Origin: Rubripirellula sp.
GTDB lineage: Bacteria; Planctomycetota; Planctomycetia; Pirellulales; Pirellulaceae
Direction: 5' to 3'
DNA length: 64,000 nucleotides
Assembly (NCBI GenBank): GCA_012270065.1
Contig: JAAXJB010000118.1
Coordinates: 7,983-71,982, forward strand
The notes under the pieces were generated by a model. That model was not told the origin of the DNA, searched no databases, and saw nothing but the letters and a program-made list of their open reading frames with translations. This document shows, piece by piece, positions 61,504 through 64,000 of the stretch (within the stretch, counting starts at the first letter, position 1; every line of letters begins with the position of its first letter). A program made the position numbers and the translations under genes.

Positions 61504-63228
61504 TCAGCGTTGGATATTCCACCACCATCTGTGAATTACCTTGGGCGGATTCCGGGTTGGCCGGTTGAGCGAAGACAAAGATGGATAATCAGCTATTTTC
61601 GAAACCAGCGTCTGGCTCGGACTCACCGAGACACCACCACTGGCCAGCAACACGTGGTGCATTCGACGGCCTTTTCGCATCGACTTCATCCGGGCAATCG
61701 ACAACACCTGGCGGGGTGTATGCATCCGATACATCGAAGAGGGACTGCTACTGATCAATGACTCGAGCAAATCCCGTTGTCTGTCCGAATCTGCATAACG
61801 GTGCATCAACTCTGCGGCCGATGCGGTTCGATAAATTGACTCCAAGGCACCGTAGATTGGATACGCACCTCGAATGGCATGCCAATTACGATTGAAATCA
61901 GCGACAAATTCGTCTGAGCGGGCATCTCGCGTAACGTTGCCCCGCTGTCCGCTTGCCATGGCACGCTCATTCTCACCGCTCAAGCGAACGGGCGTCCCCG
62001 CCAACTCAAAGATGGTTCGGTCCTCATCAGCACGCACAGGGCGGGGCGAGGACGTGAACCACAGTCGCAACAACAGATCGTTGGGCACGCCGGACTCCAG
62101 ATTCGCCTCCACCACATCAAAGTAGTTTTTCGCACCTTCGGGCATTGGCACCAGTCCTAACGCCAATTGCTTCATGTGTCGGTCAGCCTCAACCATCAGG
62201 CAACCCATGGGCGTATCACCTGCCGTTCCAAAAACCTCAACTCTCTGCATTCCCAATGCTGAAACCATCGCGGCATCTGCTTTGCCGATTGGCAACGTGT
62301 CTGCCTGCACAGCCGCGGCAACCTTGGCCGCATTCTGGAGACCCTGAGTTGTCGGATCAATCGTGCAACCAAACGGCTGGTTGCTGATCGCAGAAGCGAG
62401 ACAGGCCAGAAAAAAGTCAAAACGCAAGGTCGTCAAACCGGACACACGATCAACATGCCAGCCGTCACGCGTTTCGACACCGCCAACGGGGCCTGCCAGA
62501 ACAATGTCGTCTTCATCAATGAACAGGTATTGGATCCGTGACAAGCCCGCCATGTGCATCATGTCTGCATTGGGCAGAGTCCCCCGCAAGCGGTTCTCAG
62601 TCCATGCATCAAGCAAACGCCGCAATGAAACACAACGCATGCGGGTCGGCTGTCGCCATGCCAGCTCAGTATCGGGCTCACTCGCAGCATCGCCGAGCAG
62701 AGATTTCAACTCGGCCAGTTTGTCATCGACAGGTAAACTCTCACACTCAAGCACCGTGCCCGTTGGATCAACGTAAACCCCTTGAGGATAAGGAGACATG
62801 CTACTCGGCCCACCCAGTGCCTCCCATGTGTCCGGAACAATCGTGGTCTGGATCAAGTCCATCAGAGACTGGAAGTCCGCGAAACTACCACCACCGGCTC
62901 CGGCAATCGCATCATCACGACTCAAAGACGACTGGATCCCACGGATCGTTCCGCTTGCGGCACTCGTTTCCCCAACGCTGCCCTGAGCACCGGCCACTTG
63001 CGCGAGAATAAAATCACGCTGATTCAACGGCAACTGCAGTCCCCGCCCCGTCGCAGACGAAAACTCACCCGCTGCCAAATACCCCCCTACCTCAGCAGAG
63101 CGGATCTCCGCAGTGCCGTTCTCCTCTGCTTGCGACGACGCACTCCACGAACCGAAAGATGCAATCAGCAGCATACCGATCAAGCGGAGAAACGGTTGGT
63201 CAATCGCGAGGTGTGATGAGTGCAACAT
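61504..63228 (-). CDS. DUF1598 domain protein
   Basis: ADFQSLMDLIQTTIVPDTWEALGG, MRCVSLRRL, DIVLAGP, FGCTIDPT, MVEADRHMKQLALG, LRLWF, SGGVS. Confidence 0.8.
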   Translation of the reverse strand: MLHSSHLAIDQPFLRLIGMLLIASFGSWSASSQAEENGTAEIRSAEVGGYLAAGEFSSATGRGLQLPLNQRDFILAQVAGAQGSVGETSAASGTIRGIQSSLSRDDAIAGAGGGSFADFQSLMDLIQTTIVPDTWEALGGPSSMSPYPQGVYVDPTGTVLECESLPVDDKLAELKSLLGDAASEPDTELAWRQPTRMRCVSLRRLLDAWTENRLRGTLPNADMMHMAGLSRIQYLFIDEDDIVLAGPVGGVETRDGWHVDRVSGLTTLRFDFFLACLASAISNQPFGCTIDPTTQGLQNAAKVAAAVQADTLPIGKADAAMVSALGMQRVEVFGTAGDTPMGCLMVEADRHMKQLALGLVPMPEGAKNYFDVVEANLESGVPNDLLLRLWFTSSPRPVRADEDRTIFELAGTPVRLSGENERAMASGQRGNVTRDARSDEFVADFNRNWHAIRGAYPIYGALESIYRTASAAELMHRYADSDRQRDLLESLISSSPSSMYRMHTPRQVLSIARMKSMRKGRRMHHVLLASGGVSVSPSQTLVSKIADYPSLSSLNRPTRNPPKVIHRWWWNIQR

Positions 63229-63793
63229 GAATAGTCCTCGTTTCCAGCGTCAGAGAGTTTCCAGCGTCAAAGAACGGCGTTGATTTCCACTAGTATGAAC
63301 AAACTTTCATGCGGGGGAACTGGTGTTTGAAAACTGCTGCTGGTGAGTGAGCAGGTCAAGGCAACACCTGCCTCTACCAATCCATCCATCTTAACAGGAT
63401 CGACATCAATCATCCTTAAAACCCGTTGTTTGCGGCATCTTTCATGCTGCAAGCTCGTAAACCTTCTGCTTTCGCAGAATACAGAGAGCACCGCTGGCCA
63501 TTCAGATGCAACAAGCCGTGGCGGCAGGAAAGCCTGTTGTCCTTCCATAAATCCTGCCAGAAGCCATTTCCAAACACATCAACCTGCACGAAAAAAATTA
63601 GCGATTGGGAGAAGGTGCAAATACCGGTCCATGAGGCTACACCGGCCCATGTGGGCGAAACGTCGCAAAATGCTGCAGCAGCAATGTGTCAGAATGCTAC
63701 ACGGGATCGAGTCTCCGTCTGCAGATCAGCGATCAGGGCCGGTTACATCAGGGCGGGAAAAGACTTCCCAATTCATCCGTCCCGTCGACTGCC

Positions 63794-64000
63794 TCATTCA
63801 ATCTCGAGATCTTGACCAGCGTCATCTGACTCATTGACATTCCGCCACCTGCCATCAATCAGACGCTGCTGTGGCTTGAACCTTGCTTTGTAGTTCAGAT
63901 GCCGATTTTCTTCGACATACATGCCGAGGTACAAGTATTTGCGGCCGGTCGAGAGAGCATATTCGATTTGCTCCAATAACGCGTAAGTCCCCAGACTGTA
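63794..64000 (-). CDS. Arginyl/leucyl-tRNA-protein transferase (ATE/Bpt family), 3' part only (runs off the window)
   Basis: Manual extension gives YSLGTYALLEQIEYA...KYLYLGMYVEENRHLNYKARFKPQQRL, matching the ATE C-terminal SLG..YLG...M.YK..F.P pattern. Confidence 0.85.
   Translation of the reverse strand, partial: YSLGTYALLEQIEYALSTGRKYLYLGMYVEENRHLNYKARFKPQQRLIDGRWRNVNESDDAGQDLEIE

Overview
Chromosomal segment of a planctomycete, most likely Pirellulaceae (Rhodopirellula/Rubripirellula/Stieleria-like). The assignment rests on a DUF1501 + PSD1/DUF1553 pair, a PVC-type CxxCH protein, DUF1559 and DUF1598 proteins, and a 'LEPLEKRQLLAGD' planctomycete export motif. The window holds about 35 protein genes, mixing housekeeping functions (proA, fliM, HU, rsmA, ribE, eno, tmk) with secreted and accessory enzymes (CotH kinase, modular GH127, two S46 dipeptidyl-peptidases, a giant thioredoxin-cyclophilin-adhesin), plus two tRNAs. 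I found no integrase, transposase, CRISPR array or rRNA. Best leads: (1) a structurally perfect tRNA-Leu with the rare A34 anticodon AAG; (2) a YqiJ/NfeD-like + flotillin + ~1750-aa AAA+ ATPase operon, whose ATPase gene is broken by two in-frame stops next to a T-rich patch without any frameshift; (3) tandem S46 peptidases with complementary DPP11-type (FDR) and DPP7-type (FDG) S1 residues; (4) a GNAT resembling the bacterial ceramide synthase family; (5) five unrelated intergenic 15-19 bp tandem arrays, each degenerating towards an end. All family assignments come from motif recognition and recall; no database search was run.
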